A DNA stretch of 48,844 nucleotides from a virus (lineage: Duplodnaviria > Caudoviricetes): positions 1 to 48,844 of the IMG/VR virus record IMGVR_UViG_3300044806_000237; one strand, given 5' to 3'. Of this stretch, positions 29,002-38,582 are shown piece after piece. The stretch's first letter is position 1, and each line of letters begins with the position of its first letter. The translations under genes were made by a program, and so were the position numbers. The notes beneath the pieces were generated by a model. The model did no database searches. It was not told the DNA's origin and worked only from the letters and a program-made list of their open reading frames with translations.

Positions 29002-30258
29002 CTACCTCCCTCGATTCGGAGTACCACGCTCCATCCGGCCGCGATCCATGTTTCCAACATTTGGCCGATGGGCAGTTGGAGAATAACGCCCAATGACCTG
29101 GTTAGGCAATGGACTTGTCAGAATTTCAGTCCTGCCATCGGAATAAACCGCCGTCCGTTGCCGTCGGACAAATCTCTGAATCCCGCTGTTCACAAGAGCC
29201 CGGCGAGGCAAATATCCCTGCGCCGCTCGCGTCAGGTTGTACGTGTACTGATGACCGGCAACCGTACCGCGAATGCGAAGATGATCCCAAACCCATTTGC
29301 CTTTTGAGCCAACCTGCTGCAGATCGTCAAACCAGTCCGGATGAACGTCATCATATTCGTAAGTTGGCCCGCCGACCGTCCCGGAGCCGCCACGGCGATT
29401 TTTCTGCTTATATCGAATGATCAATTTAGATTTAAGCGGATAGTCAAAGTTAAACCTGAATCCAATTGAGTGAACATTGCTGGATTGAACGGCAACCATC
29501 ACACCGGTCAAAACTGGATCGTCGGGAACCAAAATTCTGTGATACCCTGGCCCGCGAATTTCCCATCGTCCGTCGGAGAGGATACGCACATTTGGATGAG
29601 GACCAAGAGCGTAGTCTGTTGCTGCTGATGGTGGTAAGCGATTTCCTCCGGAGCCTGAACCGCCACGGCCGGGAGAGGAGGGAGAATTCTGCCGACGCGG
29701 ATTCGGCTGACTTGGTTGGCGAGGTTGAATTGCCGGAAGATCGGGAACGTCAGCACCCTCAAACCAGTCTTCCACTCTCCGGCCGCCGGCTTGTTCTGGC
29801 GTTGCAGGTTCATCCATCAGCTGCGGAGCAAATTGGCTGAGCATTCCAAGAGCTTGCTGGATATTCTGCCGGATCGGGTTCAAGGATTGCTCACCCTCAC
29901 GACCGCGCAGCCACGATTGCAGCAGTTGGCCAGGAGTTCCGAGAGAATTTAGCACCTGAGAAACGAGAGAATTCGCCTGTTCTCTGGCCATCCGCTCAAC
30001 TGATTCAGCCATCCGGACCAATTGAGATTGCACAGGCAAAAGTCCGCCCGTGTTCCTCAATGCGGATGCCAGTTGCCGAGCATCTGACTGCAGCTGTGCC
30101 GTTGTCTGCGAATGTGGGTATCGCAGGGCCCGCTGCATCCGCTCAAGGATTTGCGTTGCCCGCTGGGCTTGTTCGCGTGCCTGTTTGTTGCGGTTGGAGT
30201 TGGGGAAGAGTTTGTTGTTGCTGAGGAGGCCCATGGTGTTTGCTTTCAGGTGATTCAA
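29002..30258 (-). CDS. KTSC-domain-containing protein
   Basis: MVAVQSSNVHSIGF..LIIRY..YEYDDV..FDDL..SKGKW is a KTSC signature; Gln-rich helical N-terminus. Confidence 0.7.
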   Translation of the reverse strand: MNHLKANTMGLLSNNKLFPNSNRNKQAREQAQRATQILERMQRALRYPHSQTTAQLQSDARQLASALRNTGGLLPVQSQLVRMAESVERMAREQANSLVSQVLNSLGTPGQLLQSWLRGREGEQSLNPIRQNIQQALGMLSQFAPQLMDEPATPEQAGGRRVEDWFEGADVPDLPAIQPRQPSQPNPRRQNSPSSPGRGGSGSGGNRLPPSAATDYALGPHPNVRILSDGRWEIRGPGYHRILVPDDPVLTGVMVAVQSSNVHSIGFRFNFDYPLKSKLIIRYKQKNRRGGSGTVGGPTYEYDDVHPDWFDDLQQVGSKGKWVWDHLRIRGTVAGHQYTYNLTRAAQGYLPRRALVNSGIQRFVRRQRTAVYSDGRTEILTSPLPNQVIGRYSPTAHRPNVGNMDRGRMERGTPNRGR

Positions 30259-30259
30259 G

Positions 30260-30478
30260 TCAGATATTGACGATCAATTCAGATCCGCCGTGCAAAAATT
30301 CACATCTAGCAACATATGAAGGAACTGCGAGATACATATGGAAAATACCCCTCATCCATACTTTTCCAAGCGGATAGAGATACGCTTCAGAAACAGTGTC
30401 AAACCATCCAGGATAATGGCTATCAGAATCCAGCACCGGGAGGGCGGTTGAGCAAATGAAAGTTTCGAGGTTATCCAT
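30260..30478 (-). CDS. Hypothetical protein
   Basis: Packed co-oriented small ORF. Confidence 0.4.
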   Translation of the reverse strand: MDNLETFICSTALPVLDSDSHYPGWFDTVSEAYLYPLGKVWMRGIFHMYLAVPSYVARCEFLHGGSELIVNI

Positions 30479-30728
30479 ACATCACCTCAATCGATTTCGG
30501 AGCCAAAGGAAGAGGAAAACCATTTGTTATCTGCACATAACGATTGATCGGCCGAGGAGGAGATGGAGAAGTCGGCCGCTCCATCGGAAAAGCAACAACA
30601 CCAGTCGGAGCCCCACAACCCGGACAAGTAAAATCAGAACAGCAACCGTTATCCCTTCCGCAATGCCGACAATGGCGATTTGGCAAGAACTTCGGTTCTT
30701 CAGTTGGTGGAGGTCCGTTTGCGCCCAT
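30471..30728 (-). CDS. Small Zn-ribbon protein
   Basis: CRHC...CPGC. Confidence 0.5.
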   Translation of the reverse strand: MGANGPPPTEEPKFLPNRHCRHCGRDNGCCSDFTCPGCGAPTGVVAFPMERPTSPSPPRPINRYVQITNGFPLPLAPKSIEVMYG

Positions 30729-30745
30729 CAGTATCCATCCTATTG

Positions 30746-30940
30746 CTACATTAAATCCAAAAACTTGTCACGTTCTTTCTCAATGCATTCTTTATGAATG
30801 AAACCACGATCAACAGACTTTCCACAAATATCACATGGTCGCCCGCTTGGTATTTGCTTTCCTGCTGGCCACTTATTCCCGGACGCAAACGAAGTGTCAA
30901 CCCCATTCGCCTTGTCCCATGCTGTTGCTTTTGGATGCAT
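30746..30940 (-). CDS. Small hypothetical protein (CDIC..HKEC)
   Basis: Co-oriented ORF with a metal-binding-like motif. Confidence 0.45.
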   Translation of the reverse strand: MHPKATAWDKANGVDTSFASGNKWPAGKQIPSGRPCDICGKSVDRGFIHKECIEKERDKFLDLM

Positions 30941-30959
30941 GTTTTGCGTCCTTCAGAAT

Positions 30960-33212
30960 TCAGTATTCATCCTGTTGATTGTTCTTATTCTTCTTCCCGC
31001 GACCATAGCGACCACCAAACGAAGTTTCCATACCATTTCCGGATAACAGATCCCGCCAATTTCCGTTTGACTTGGCAACATTTTGAGCCGCTTTCGAACT
31101 CGACCGAGCCGACTCAATCGTGAGCCCCAGCTGAGAATCATCAGAAAAAGTCAAATACCTCAGAGCATCACAGTTTTTTGCAATCAAGTCACATGAAAGC
31201 ATGAACTCACCGGCAGTCGTTGCAATACAACCTACGTCAACATGCAAATCGCCGACTTGCTTGAATTCACCATCTATCAATGCTCGATGTTTTTGAAAAT
31301 ATCCAGAAAAACACAAATTCCATACATCTTGCCATGTCCCATCAACGAAAAACTTATGATCAGGAGTGACCACAAAGCGATGGCTCGAACCTCTTTTTGA
31401 AACAACCCAAGCAATCGCATTTCTTTGAGTTACTGTCCATCCAGTTAAAACTTCGCAATTTCCAGCCCTGCACTGCAAAATGTCACCCGCCTTGATTTCC
31501 TCAATCGGAACAGACTTCCCCTCACGAACGACTAACGTTCCAGCAGCAAAACAGCAGTGATCATCAAACTTCAATGGTTCAGGTCTCGGATTCAACGGGT
31601 TATCCGTCCGTCCATCCGCCCCGTTACCTTTTACCCATCGGTATTTCTTCATTTCCCTGATCAAATTCACGCACGAATAATGCACGAACAACCGAGGCCG
31701 CTGAATCATCGATTCGGTGAACTCATTCCATTCCGGGATTGATCGCTTCAACAACCATTGCACATGCTCAATGCCCTCAGTCACAGCATTCCGAGCCATC
31801 GACATATTGAGATTCGGGATTTCCTCGCCCATCTGCTTTGTGATTCTGGCCAGCTGCTGCGCCAACCGGATATTGCCAGGACTCGCCGGGTCCGCGTATG
31901 TCGTTCCGTACCATGGCTGATTCGGCCAGGGATGTCGTTTGGTAATGTCAATCAGTTGGTCAACGGTCGTCTTCTCTTGATCTGTCGAATAAAGCTCATC
32001 ATAGATGAACCACTGATTCAAACGATTGCGAGCGCCCCACAAACACACAAAAGCATTCTGAGGACCGGCACCCCAGTCAATCGCCCGCCTATGACTGCAA
32101 TTCCCTGACAGAATCCAATCAAAGATTTCATCCCCGACAACGTGGACCGTCGGGTCAAAGGTCTTATAAATCACGCCCTCAAAGGCCGCAAATAATCCTT
32201 TGAGCCGCATATTCAAAGACTCTTTGGGAATCATGCCGAAGTATTCGTCAAACCACTCCTTCGAGACGTGACCGGCTTCCATCGCACATTCGGTGTTCGC
32301 GTGGAAAATCTCCCAATCGTCGGGCAGATACTTCAGGTTTGACCGAAGAGTGATCTTTTCAGGTTTCGCCTTTCCCTTGCTGTCAGTCTCAGGCTTTGGC
32401 TTTTTGCCGTTCTGAATCATTTCCTCGATGTCGCCGGACAAATCCGGATCAACCGGCGTATATTCGACCATCTTTGAGCCAGGCAGGTTGTATTCACGGC
32501 ACCCGCGCAAAACTTCAGTGAAGACGCCCCAAGGAAATTGCTCAACGAAAGCGAAGCCGCCAATAGACCGAGCCATCATCTGGTCAGCGCCTTGGCGCCA
32601 GCTTTTGAATTCTAATGACCAATTGCCGTTTGCGGTGTAGTGGTATTGCTCAGGAATGAGCTTGCGGAATAGCTCTCGATCGGCTTGGCAGGCAGTTGGA
32701 AGTAGTGGAATTCGATAAGGAAGTTGCTGTTTCGGTCGGTACCAGGAGACGCGATCCCAGTCAATGTCGTCGTCCAGGATATGCCCGTGACCGTACAATT
32801 TCTCCTTCCAACAAGTTTCCATCGACTGCTCATAGGAGCCGCCGATAACCCAAAATGGAGTATCAACGCGAGGAGCCGGAGTGTTCAAAACGAACTTGGC
32901 TACTTTGGCCATCGTCGTTTCTGTCGTTCCGGCCCCATTCCCCCCTAGGAGCCACACAACCCCTCTACTTAGGCAGTTATAAAACCCCGCCTGCTGATCA
33001 AATCTCTCAGGCTGGTCTGGACGTGGCTGCCATTTTAACTGAGCCGGGAGATCAATCCCAAATGCCGCTTCGGCGAGTTCAGCGAGTTCCGCGAGTTCAA
33101 ATGAGTCCGGAGGAGCGTTGAAGAGGCGGTCAAAGAATTCGTCATCGAGTTCCGGAGGCAATGGGGAATCGAGGACGGCCGAAGAGGAGGGGGGACCGGC
33201 GAGGGCGATCAT
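30960..33212 (-). CDS. terL: Terminase large subunit containing a mini-intein
   Basis: ATPase-like N-domain (deviant Walker A GGNGAGTT), RNase H nuclease motifs RAIDWG, YADPA, LIREMKKYRW and DHxxDALRY (split by the intein). Confidence 0.85.
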   Translation of the reverse strand: MIALAGPPSSSAVLDSPLPPELDDEFFDRLFNAPPDSFELAELAELAEAAFGIDLPAQLKWQPRPDQPERFDQQAGFYNCLSRGVVWLLGGNGAGTTETTMAKVAKFVLNTPAPRVDTPFWVIGGSYEQSMETCWKEKLYGHGHILDDDIDWDRVSWYRPKQQLPYRIPLLPTACQADRELFRKLIPEQYHYTANGNWSLEFKSWRQGADQMMARSIGGFAFVEQFPWGVFTEVLRGCREYNLPGSKMVEYTPVDPDLSGDIEEMIQNGKKPKPETDSKGKAKPEKITLRSNLKYLPDDWEIFHANTECAMEAGHVSKEWFDEYFGMIPKESLNMRLKGLFAAFEGVIYKTFDPTVHVVGDEIFDWILSGNCSHRRAIDWGAGPQNAFVCLWGARNRLNQWFIYDELYSTDQEKTTVDQLIDITKRHPWPNQPWYGTTYADPASPGNIRLAQQLARITKQMGEEIPNLNMSMARNAVTEGIEHVQWLLKRSIPEWNEFTESMIQRPRLFVHYSCVNLIREMKKYRWVKGNGADGRTDNPLNPRPEPLKFDDHCCFAAGTLVVREGKSVPIEEIKAGDILQCRAGNCEVLTGWTVTQRNAIAWVVSKRGSSHRFVVTPDHKFFVDGTWQDVWNLCFSGYFQKHRALIDGEFKQVGDLHVDVGCIATTAGEFMLSCDLIAKNCDALRYLTFSDDSQLGLTIESARSSSKAAQNVAKSNGNWRDLLSGNGMETSFGGRYGRGKKNKNNQQDEY
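31173..31553 (-). mobile_element. Mini-intein (127 aa, no homing endonuclease) in TerL
   Basis: Starts CFAAGTLV..VPIEEIKAGD, block B VTPDHKFF, ends LIAKN followed by +1 Cys; removal restores DDHCCDALRY. Confidence 0.85.
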
Positions 33213-33661
33213 TCAGCACCGTATTTGATGAGTGCTCGCCTGGTCCAGAATGCCATGTCGATTCTATCGAAAATTGACAATGGAGATTTAACAACAGGAA
33301 TCCCGTAAAGCGAATCGGTGAACATTGGTGAGAAACCAAGAATTTGATTCTCAACACGCCGATTCATCTTCTCAACCATCGCATCATTCACGACGCACAT
33401 ATACTTCGGCCGCTTGCGAATAGCTCCAATGTCCTCCCAGACGCTGCCAATGTCCTCTGGACCAAATGAGCAGAATTTCGACCACTCTGGAGCAACTTCG
33501 TAGTTGAGCCATTCGAGTTTCTTGATGGTCTTTTCCAACTCAGCAACGGAATACTTCACGGAGAAATTGAATTCCTTCATGGTGTAGCTGCAGTTGTCGG
33601 CCAATGTTCCAGCCGATTGTTCTTCTGGCCATTCAACCATCATCGTCGATCCCAAATGCAA
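33209..33661 (-). CDS. Hypothetical protein
   Basis: Stop overlaps the terL start (ATGA). Confidence 0.5.
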   Translation of the reverse strand: MHLGSTMMVEWPEEQSAGTLADNCSYTMKEFNFSVKYSVAELEKTIKKLEWLNYEVAPEWSKFCSFGPEDIGSVWEDIGAIRKRPKYMCVVNDAMVEKMNRRVENQILGFSPMFTDSLYGIPVVKSPLSIFDRIDMAFWTRRALIKYGAE

Positions 33662-34146
33662 AGGACAATTCCAAACGGAGGCCGCTCATTCGGTCCAATA
33701 ATCTTCTGGCCTGGCTTCAAGAATCTCAGGCGACCCGGCAAAAACTCGACCGTCAACGGGCTCATTGCTCGATCGCGAAACGGTTCAATATGCCGCTGCC
33801 ACCAGCCTTGCTCTGTTCGGTTGGCAGGAAGGAGCAGAACAGCCAATTCCGCTTTCGTTTCCGCCCATGCCTTCAAACACCATGGTTCGATCGACGAATA
33901 CGGAGGATTGCAGTAAACACGCTGTCCAGCCCATGAATTCATGAGCCCGCAATTTTCCTCGCTGAAGAAATTTGGCAGCTTTGCATTGTGTTCGGCCGCC
34001 GCCGCATCGATGGTGAACTGAAAACGACTCTGGAGCTTCGCAAAATCGTCAGCAGGCAAAGCCCGGTCGTCTACGTTTGGATTCGATCCTGCGTAACGGG
34101 TTTGCTGAATGTGATTTTTTGCTTTGAAGCCGACCAACATTTTCAT
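33640..34146 (-). CDS. Phage DNA N6-adenine methyltransferase (Dam-like family)
   Basis: FTIDAAA..NAK, WAGQRVYCNPPYS, VLLLPANRT, EFLPGRLRF and PPFG signatures. Confidence 0.85.
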   Translation of the reverse strand: MKMLVGFKAKNHIQQTRYAGSNPNVDDRALPADDFAKLQSRFQFTIDAAAAEHNAKLPNFFSEENCGLMNSWAGQRVYCNPPYSSIEPWCLKAWAETKAELAVLLLPANRTEQGWWQRHIEPFRDRAMSPLTVEFLPGRLRFLKPGQKIIGPNERPPFGIVLCIWDRR

Positions 34147-34161
34147 TGACCCTTTGACAAT

Positions 34162-34575
34162 TCAACTTTCATCATCCGGACCAATCGCCCACAACTTCAG
34201 CAAATCCAGCAAAAACGGCAACACAATCCACCGGACCAACAACCAGCCCCAGCCAACCGGCAAAATCCCAGACGCCTGCAAATTGCCGACAATCTTCGTC
34301 CGCTGGTTCTTCAGTTCCTTGACCTGGATCTTCCGGCGTACACCGGTTTTCGCTTTGAACTCCTCGCCGAGATCCACCACCGCTTCAAAGGAGCTTGCCA
34401 GCATCCCGGTTTGATAGATTTCCGCCGCCGAACACAGGCACATGTTGTACATGGTGTCCGGTACGTTTTTGATACTGGCATCGACGACAGCCGCGTAATA
34501 CGGCACTGCCTGAATGATGGACATTGCTGAGGCCGGAGATTTGGCGAAGACTGCTGAGGGGTAGAGGTCACTCAC
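34162..34575 (-). CDS. Hypothetical membrane-associated protein
   Basis: C-terminal hydrophobic GILPVGWGWLLVRWIVLPFLL. Confidence 0.55.
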   Translation of the reverse strand: MSDLYPSAVFAKSPASAMSIIQAVPYYAAVVDASIKNVPDTMYNMCLCSAAEIYQTGMLASSFEAVVDLGEEFKAKTGVRRKIQVKELKNQRTKIVGNLQASGILPVGWGWLLVRWIVLPFLLDLLKLWAIGPDDES

Positions 34576-35528
34576 TTCAACCTCACCTTCAAGTCATTGA
34601 TCAATCGACCATCCAGCCGAATCACAACCACCCGGCCGTCAACCTCCACCGACTTCACCTTGCTCGAAACTTCTAGCACTTTCCTATAGGCCACATCCAC
34701 CGGAGGATCAAACACCATCGCCCGCTTGCCCGCTGGCCAACTAACCTTGAGCCCGCCGAGCTTGTATCCATCCTTTGACATCATCGCGTCTAAGACAGCC
34801 AACAACGGATCGGACAAATCAACGTCAATCTCTGGAAGCCAGGATTGAGCCGCCAGTTTGTTATTTGCTGACTTATGAGCAATCTCAGCCCGGTTCACAT
34901 GCTCAAGCAAAGCTGCAAAGACGGCCGAAGAGGAGGAGCCATCGACCTGCACCACTGACATAGGCTTCAATTCTTCGGCCGAGTTCTCCGAAACAGCTTT
35001 TCCTTGTGCCGCTTGCTCTTTTTGCCGGTGCTCGCCGATCCACTTTTCGAGGTCAGCCGTTCGCATTGCACCCTCAAAGATTGTTCCGTCTGGAGCTTTC
35101 CACACGGGGACCAATCCGACTGGCGATTCCCCCGCCGCCGGGATCGGGACCGTTGTAAACGCAAATTTCGGTTTTGATTCAAACAAATGTCGCGATTGAA
35201 CATCACATGCAAGACACTTCCATGTGCCATCGGAAGTAAAAAGAGTGGCGACGTTTGATTTTGCTCCCTCCTTTCCGGCCGTTGCAGCCTGCGGAGCCTT
35301 CTCATCCGCCAACCAGCTGGCAGACACTCGAGGAGGATCATTCTTCGCGAAGTCATCTGGCAGAACTGGAGCTTCTTCCTCGATCGCAAGTTGAGCCGAC
35401 GCATCGACCGAGACCGAGACGGCCGGAGGAGGAGAGGCCGAAATGCAGTTTGCACCGCCGAGCGCACCTAGGGTGAAAACCGTGAACGCTGCGAATGCGA
35501 CGAATGTTGCGAATTTGTAATTCTTCAT
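34572..35528 (-). CDS. Exported protein with a thioredoxin-like CxxC domain
   Basis: N-terminal signal/TM segment; LFTSDGTWKCLAC...LVPVW..FEGA resembles a thioredoxin fold. Confidence 0.55.
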   Translation of the reverse strand: MKNYKFATFVAFAAFTVFTLGALGGANCISASPPPAVSVSVDASAQLAIEEEAPVLPDDFAKNDPPRVSASWLADEKAPQAATAGKEGAKSNVATLFTSDGTWKCLACDVQSRHLFESKPKFAFTTVPIPAAGESPVGLVPVWKAPDGTIFEGAMRTADLEKWIGEHRQKEQAAQGKAVSENSAEELKPMSVVQVDGSSSSAVFAALLEHVNRAEIAHKSANNKLAAQSWLPEIDVDLSDPLLAVLDAMMSKDGYKLGGLKVSWPAGKRAMVFDPPVDVAYRKVLEVSSKVKSVEVDGRVVVIRLDGRLINDLKVRLK

Positions 35529-35923
35529 GACTTTGGCAATCCCATACTGGAACGAGGATTTGTAAACGGACGCTGAAACGGTGACGGGTTATCGTCGGAC
35601 TGATTTGCTCTGAGTTCTTTTCTGGTTTCAATGCGGACAATTCTCCATTCGCCGCCGTTCAAAATGAACTCAGGATACACCTCACCCGGAACAGTCTCAG
35701 CAAACGACGGATGAGCAACAATGAGCTTCAGGCGACCTGAAGACTGATCGACGAACAGTGAAACAACTTCAGTCCCGTCTGGTATTTCATCCATCACGGG
35801 AAGTGAAACCGCCATTTGCATCTGAGACGCAAAGTTGAGCATCATCAGAATAAACTGAGGATCGACGGAGATAATCTTCCGCCGCTTCAACCATTCGTCA
35901 TGTCGTTTGAAATTTGCCGCCAT
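35525..35923 (-). CDS. Hypothetical protein
   Basis: Overlapping start/stop in the operon. Confidence 0.55.
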   Translation of the reverse strand: MAANFKRHDEWLKRRKIISVDPQFILMMLNFASQMQMAVSLPVMDEIPDGTEVVSLFVDQSSGRLKLIVAHPSFAETVPGEVYPEFILNGGEWRIVRIETRKELRANQSDDNPSPFQRPFTNPRSSMGLPKS

Positions 35924-36942
35924 TAGCTCGCAAGCCTTTCCATTTCACTGACAGACCTTGAACCACTACCACCAGACAAACGATATTCCTGCCCCGGACG
36001 CACACAGACAGCATGAGCATCCCACCAAGGCGACTTCCGTTGAGCCTTGATGAATTCCCGTTCCTTGACGCCGTACATGCCCGGAGGCAGTTTTACCTTT
36101 GTGCCGTCCTTCAAGGTAATCTCATCCGGACCTGATGGCATATTCGCGCCCCAAGACTGAGCATCGACAAACGAGTCTTCGCCGTCCTGGTCAACGTACA
36201 CGCCGAGCACCGCTTGACAATGTGCACCGGTATCACTGGCCACGCATTGGCCGTTCTTATCCCTTGCACCGAACAACGTATCCCAGCACCGGAATATTCC
36301 GGAGTAGCTCGCAATCGCATCCGCAATCTGGTCATTCGATCTGGTGGAATGCACCGAGCAGGTATGTTGCTGCAGTTCTTTCAGCAGTTCATCAGGCATC
36401 CGCTGATTCTTCGAGGAGAACGAGACCGCCCATGATTCGTTGTCTTTTGTCAAATCGGCAGCACCATACTGACCACGCTGAGCAAACCCGCCAACGTTGT
36501 TGATGCCGGCCAAGAATTCGGCCATCCACGGTCCGCAAGATCCGTCACCGCTGCCAAGCTGGCCCTTGCCAACGACGATTCGAGAACCAACATATTGTGG
36601 CTCCCAGGCAATTTCCACTGGCGAGCCTACGGCCAATTTATTGCCGAGTGAATGGAGGTATGAGGCTTCCAGAGCCTTGTGAGCACCTCGCCCGACGCAA
36701 GTTCCCCGGCGCTGGCCATGTGGTTTGTACTGCCGGAACTTTTCGCCGAGTTGCCACAGGAACACGCCTTGAATCCCTCTGGACTTGAGTGTCTCCCACC
36801 GTCCATTGAACTGAGACTGACCTACGCGAAATTCAACCTTGATTCCTGCATCGGCCATCCGCTGATCAGTTTCTTCGGCGAATCTTTGAGAGAGGACGCA
36901 GCCGAGTAGGGATTGGTCGATTTTTGGCATTGTGTTATTCAC
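35923..36942 (-). CDS. Papain-like cysteine peptidase (C1-like), candidate lysin
   Basis: Q-RRGT-C (oxyanion Gln and catalytic Cys), GAHCQAVLG (His) and QSWG (NSWG equivalent). Confidence 0.75.
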   Translation of the reverse strand: MNNTMPKIDQSLLGCVLSQRFAEETDQRMADAGIKVEFRVGQSQFNGRWETLKSRGIQGVFLWQLGEKFRQYKPHGQRRGTCVGRGAHKALEASYLHSLGNKLAVGSPVEIAWEPQYVGSRIVVGKGQLGSGDGSCGPWMAEFLAGINNVGGFAQRGQYGAADLTKDNESWAVSFSSKNQRMPDELLKELQQHTCSVHSTRSNDQIADAIASYSGIFRCWDTLFGARDKNGQCVASDTGAHCQAVLGVYVDQDGEDSFVDAQSWGANMPSGPDEITLKDGTKVKLPPGMYGVKEREFIKAQRKSPWWDAHAVCVRPGQEYRLSGGSGSRSVSEMERLAS

Positions 36943-37169
36943 TTTCTTCGGTTCATCTTCCGCCGCTGTTCCCGGTTCAACGTCCGGTCATACTTTGGAG
37001 GTTCGTACTTTGCATCATCAGGAAAGACAACAGGAAGGCCAGAAAACATCATAGAAGTTGATGGTTCAATATCGCGAATAATTACAACATTGGATGTTGA
37101 AGTTGCCCAAGGTGGAGGTGCTCCAGTGATGCAGAACTGACGACGATTGAGCGATTCGGCCATGTTCAA
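36939..37169 (-). CDS. Small hypothetical protein
   Basis: Overlapping start/stop; ends in an NREQRR motif. Confidence 0.45.
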   Translation of the reverse strand: MNMAESLNRRQFCITGAPPPWATSTSNVVIIRDIEPSTSMMFSGLPVVFPDDAKYEPPKYDRTLNREQRRKMNRRK

Positions 37170-37522
37170 TTCCCGCGAATCTTATTCGCTACAAAATTCT
37201 TGTTCGCATCAGTCAAATCAGACCGCTTTGCCCGGTATTCGCTCACCCGAGCATCGTCCTTAATGTTGCCAAGAGTCTTCTGCGAATCCACCACCAAAAC
37301 GACTTGATCGGTGTTCGTGAATCGACCGGCTTCAACCAAGTCGGCGAGAGCTTCCCAGTAGTCAGATTCCGCAAATTGCTGGTCTGGCTTTGGTGAAGGG
37401 CCCGGCTTATCCTTGTCGGTGTCCGTCTGATCGGGCTTGTCCGGGATCGATGACAGCAGGTTGCAGCCGCTGAGGCTGAAGGAGCAGAGCAGCAGGATCA
37501 GAACTTGATATTTGAAACGCAT
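37166..37522 (-). CDS. Lipoprotein
   Basis: MRFKYQVLILLLCSFSLSGC lipobox followed by a Pro/Asp linker. Confidence 0.7.
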   Translation of the reverse strand: MRFKYQVLILLLCSFSLSGCNLLSSIPDKPDQTDTDKDKPGPSPKPDQQFAESDYWEALADLVEAGRFTNTDQVVLVVDSQKTLGNIKDDARVSEYRAKRSDLTDANKNFVANKIRGN

Positions 37523-37563
37523 GGCTTTTGCCTGAATGATGGAGGATGGAGAGGTGGAAAGAA

Positions 37564-38085
37564 TCAAGCTGACTTCGGTGGAGCCGATGGTTCTGGCTTT
37601 TCTGAGTTCTTCCGAACCTCCTGAAATAAAATCTGCTGACGAATGGCCTCAACCACAGCAGGATCAATCTTTGATTCTGGAGCCTTGAACACCTGCACCG
37701 GCGAATTCTTCTCCATCCATTCCAACTTCGCCCTCCTATTCTCTGCCAACAGCAGATCGCCCGCCATATCCGCCAAATGCGCCGCATGGTCCGGCGTAAC
37801 ATCCGGATCCCGAGCCAGGCCGAAAAGGTTCTCAAGCCGATCCATCAAATCAGGAGTCAACCCCTGCTTGACCGACCGAGTTACCACCGTTCGGTTATTC
37901 AGCCACTTGACGCCCAACACGCCGCCGCTCCCAGCTGCGAGCAACGACGAAAACAATACCGAGACATCAACGGGAGACTTGCCGCCCCGAATACCAACAG
38001 CCGCATCGGCCGAAGAGAGGAGGCCGACGAGCGCGAGAATGATGTTCAGCCAATTGGATTTGAGTTTTTGGAGGAGGTTGGACAT
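37564..38085 (-). CDS. Membrane protein (two hydrophobic segments), holin/spanin candidate
   Basis: WLNIILALVGLLSSA and VSVLFSSLLAAGSGGVLGV segments; in the lysis-like cluster. Confidence 0.5.
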   Translation of the reverse strand: MSNLLQKLKSNWLNIILALVGLLSSADAAVGIRGGKSPVDVSVLFSSLLAAGSGGVLGVKWLNNRTVVTRSVKQGLTPDLMDRLENLFGLARDPDVTPDHAAHLADMAGDLLLAENRRAKLEWMEKNSPVQVFKAPESKIDPAVVEAIRQQILFQEVRKNSEKPEPSAPPKSA

Positions 38086-38141
38086 AGCCAGCTTTCTGAG
38101 TTTATAGGTTTGAGGAACAGGACAACGACGATGGCAAAATA

Positions 38142-38447
38142 CTAAGAACCGCACACATTCTTAAAAATGTCGATTCCCAACAGTTCACACCGCGACAACG
38201 CGAACTCAAGAGCCATTCTGAATTCAGGCTTATCATTCTGTAGGAGTAACCATCGCCCCTCTTTCACGTTACTGACGACAGTCTTGATCATCGACGTGAA
38301 GTGATCGTCAGGCTTGCCGAACTTCGCTTCATCCGGCCACTGTGGCCACAGGCGATGCTGCCAGAATCCAAAAAACAACATCACCTCTGGAGGACTTCCA
38401 GACATAGTGACGTGTTGACCGTCGTGATTTGTGATAACGCGGATCAT
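38142..38447 (-). CDS. Hypothetical protein
   Basis: Co-oriented ORF. Confidence 0.45.
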   Translation of the reverse strand: MIRVITNHDGQHVTMSGSPPEVMLFFGFWQHRLWPQWPDEAKFGKPDDHFTSMIKTVVSNVKEGRWLLLQNDKPEFRMALEFALSRCELLGIDIFKNVCGS

Positions 38448-38490
38448 CTGAGAGCTTCCAGCCAGAGAATTTTAACTTCAGAAATAATAG

Positions 38491-38575
38491 CTCCAGGGGA
38501 AGGACTCGAACCTTCAATGTGTCCTGTTCGGAATTAACCTACTGAGGATGCGGTTGCCAGTTTCGCCACCCCGGA
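38491..38575 (-). tRNA. tRNA-like RNA with an aberrant, expanded anticodon arm (pseudo-tRNA, Asn-like)
   Basis: Acceptor TCCGGGG/CCCTGGA plus G, D-arm GCG-AAACTGGCAAC-CGC, T-arm GAAGG-TTCGAGT-CCTTC; anticodon arm 27 nt instead of 17; ends CTA, not CCA. Confidence 0.65.
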
Positions 38576-38582
38576 AAATAAC

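Noticed and set aside
31173-31553. Homing endonuclease in the intein
   Set aside because: Only 127 aa, with no LAGLIDADG or HNH motifs
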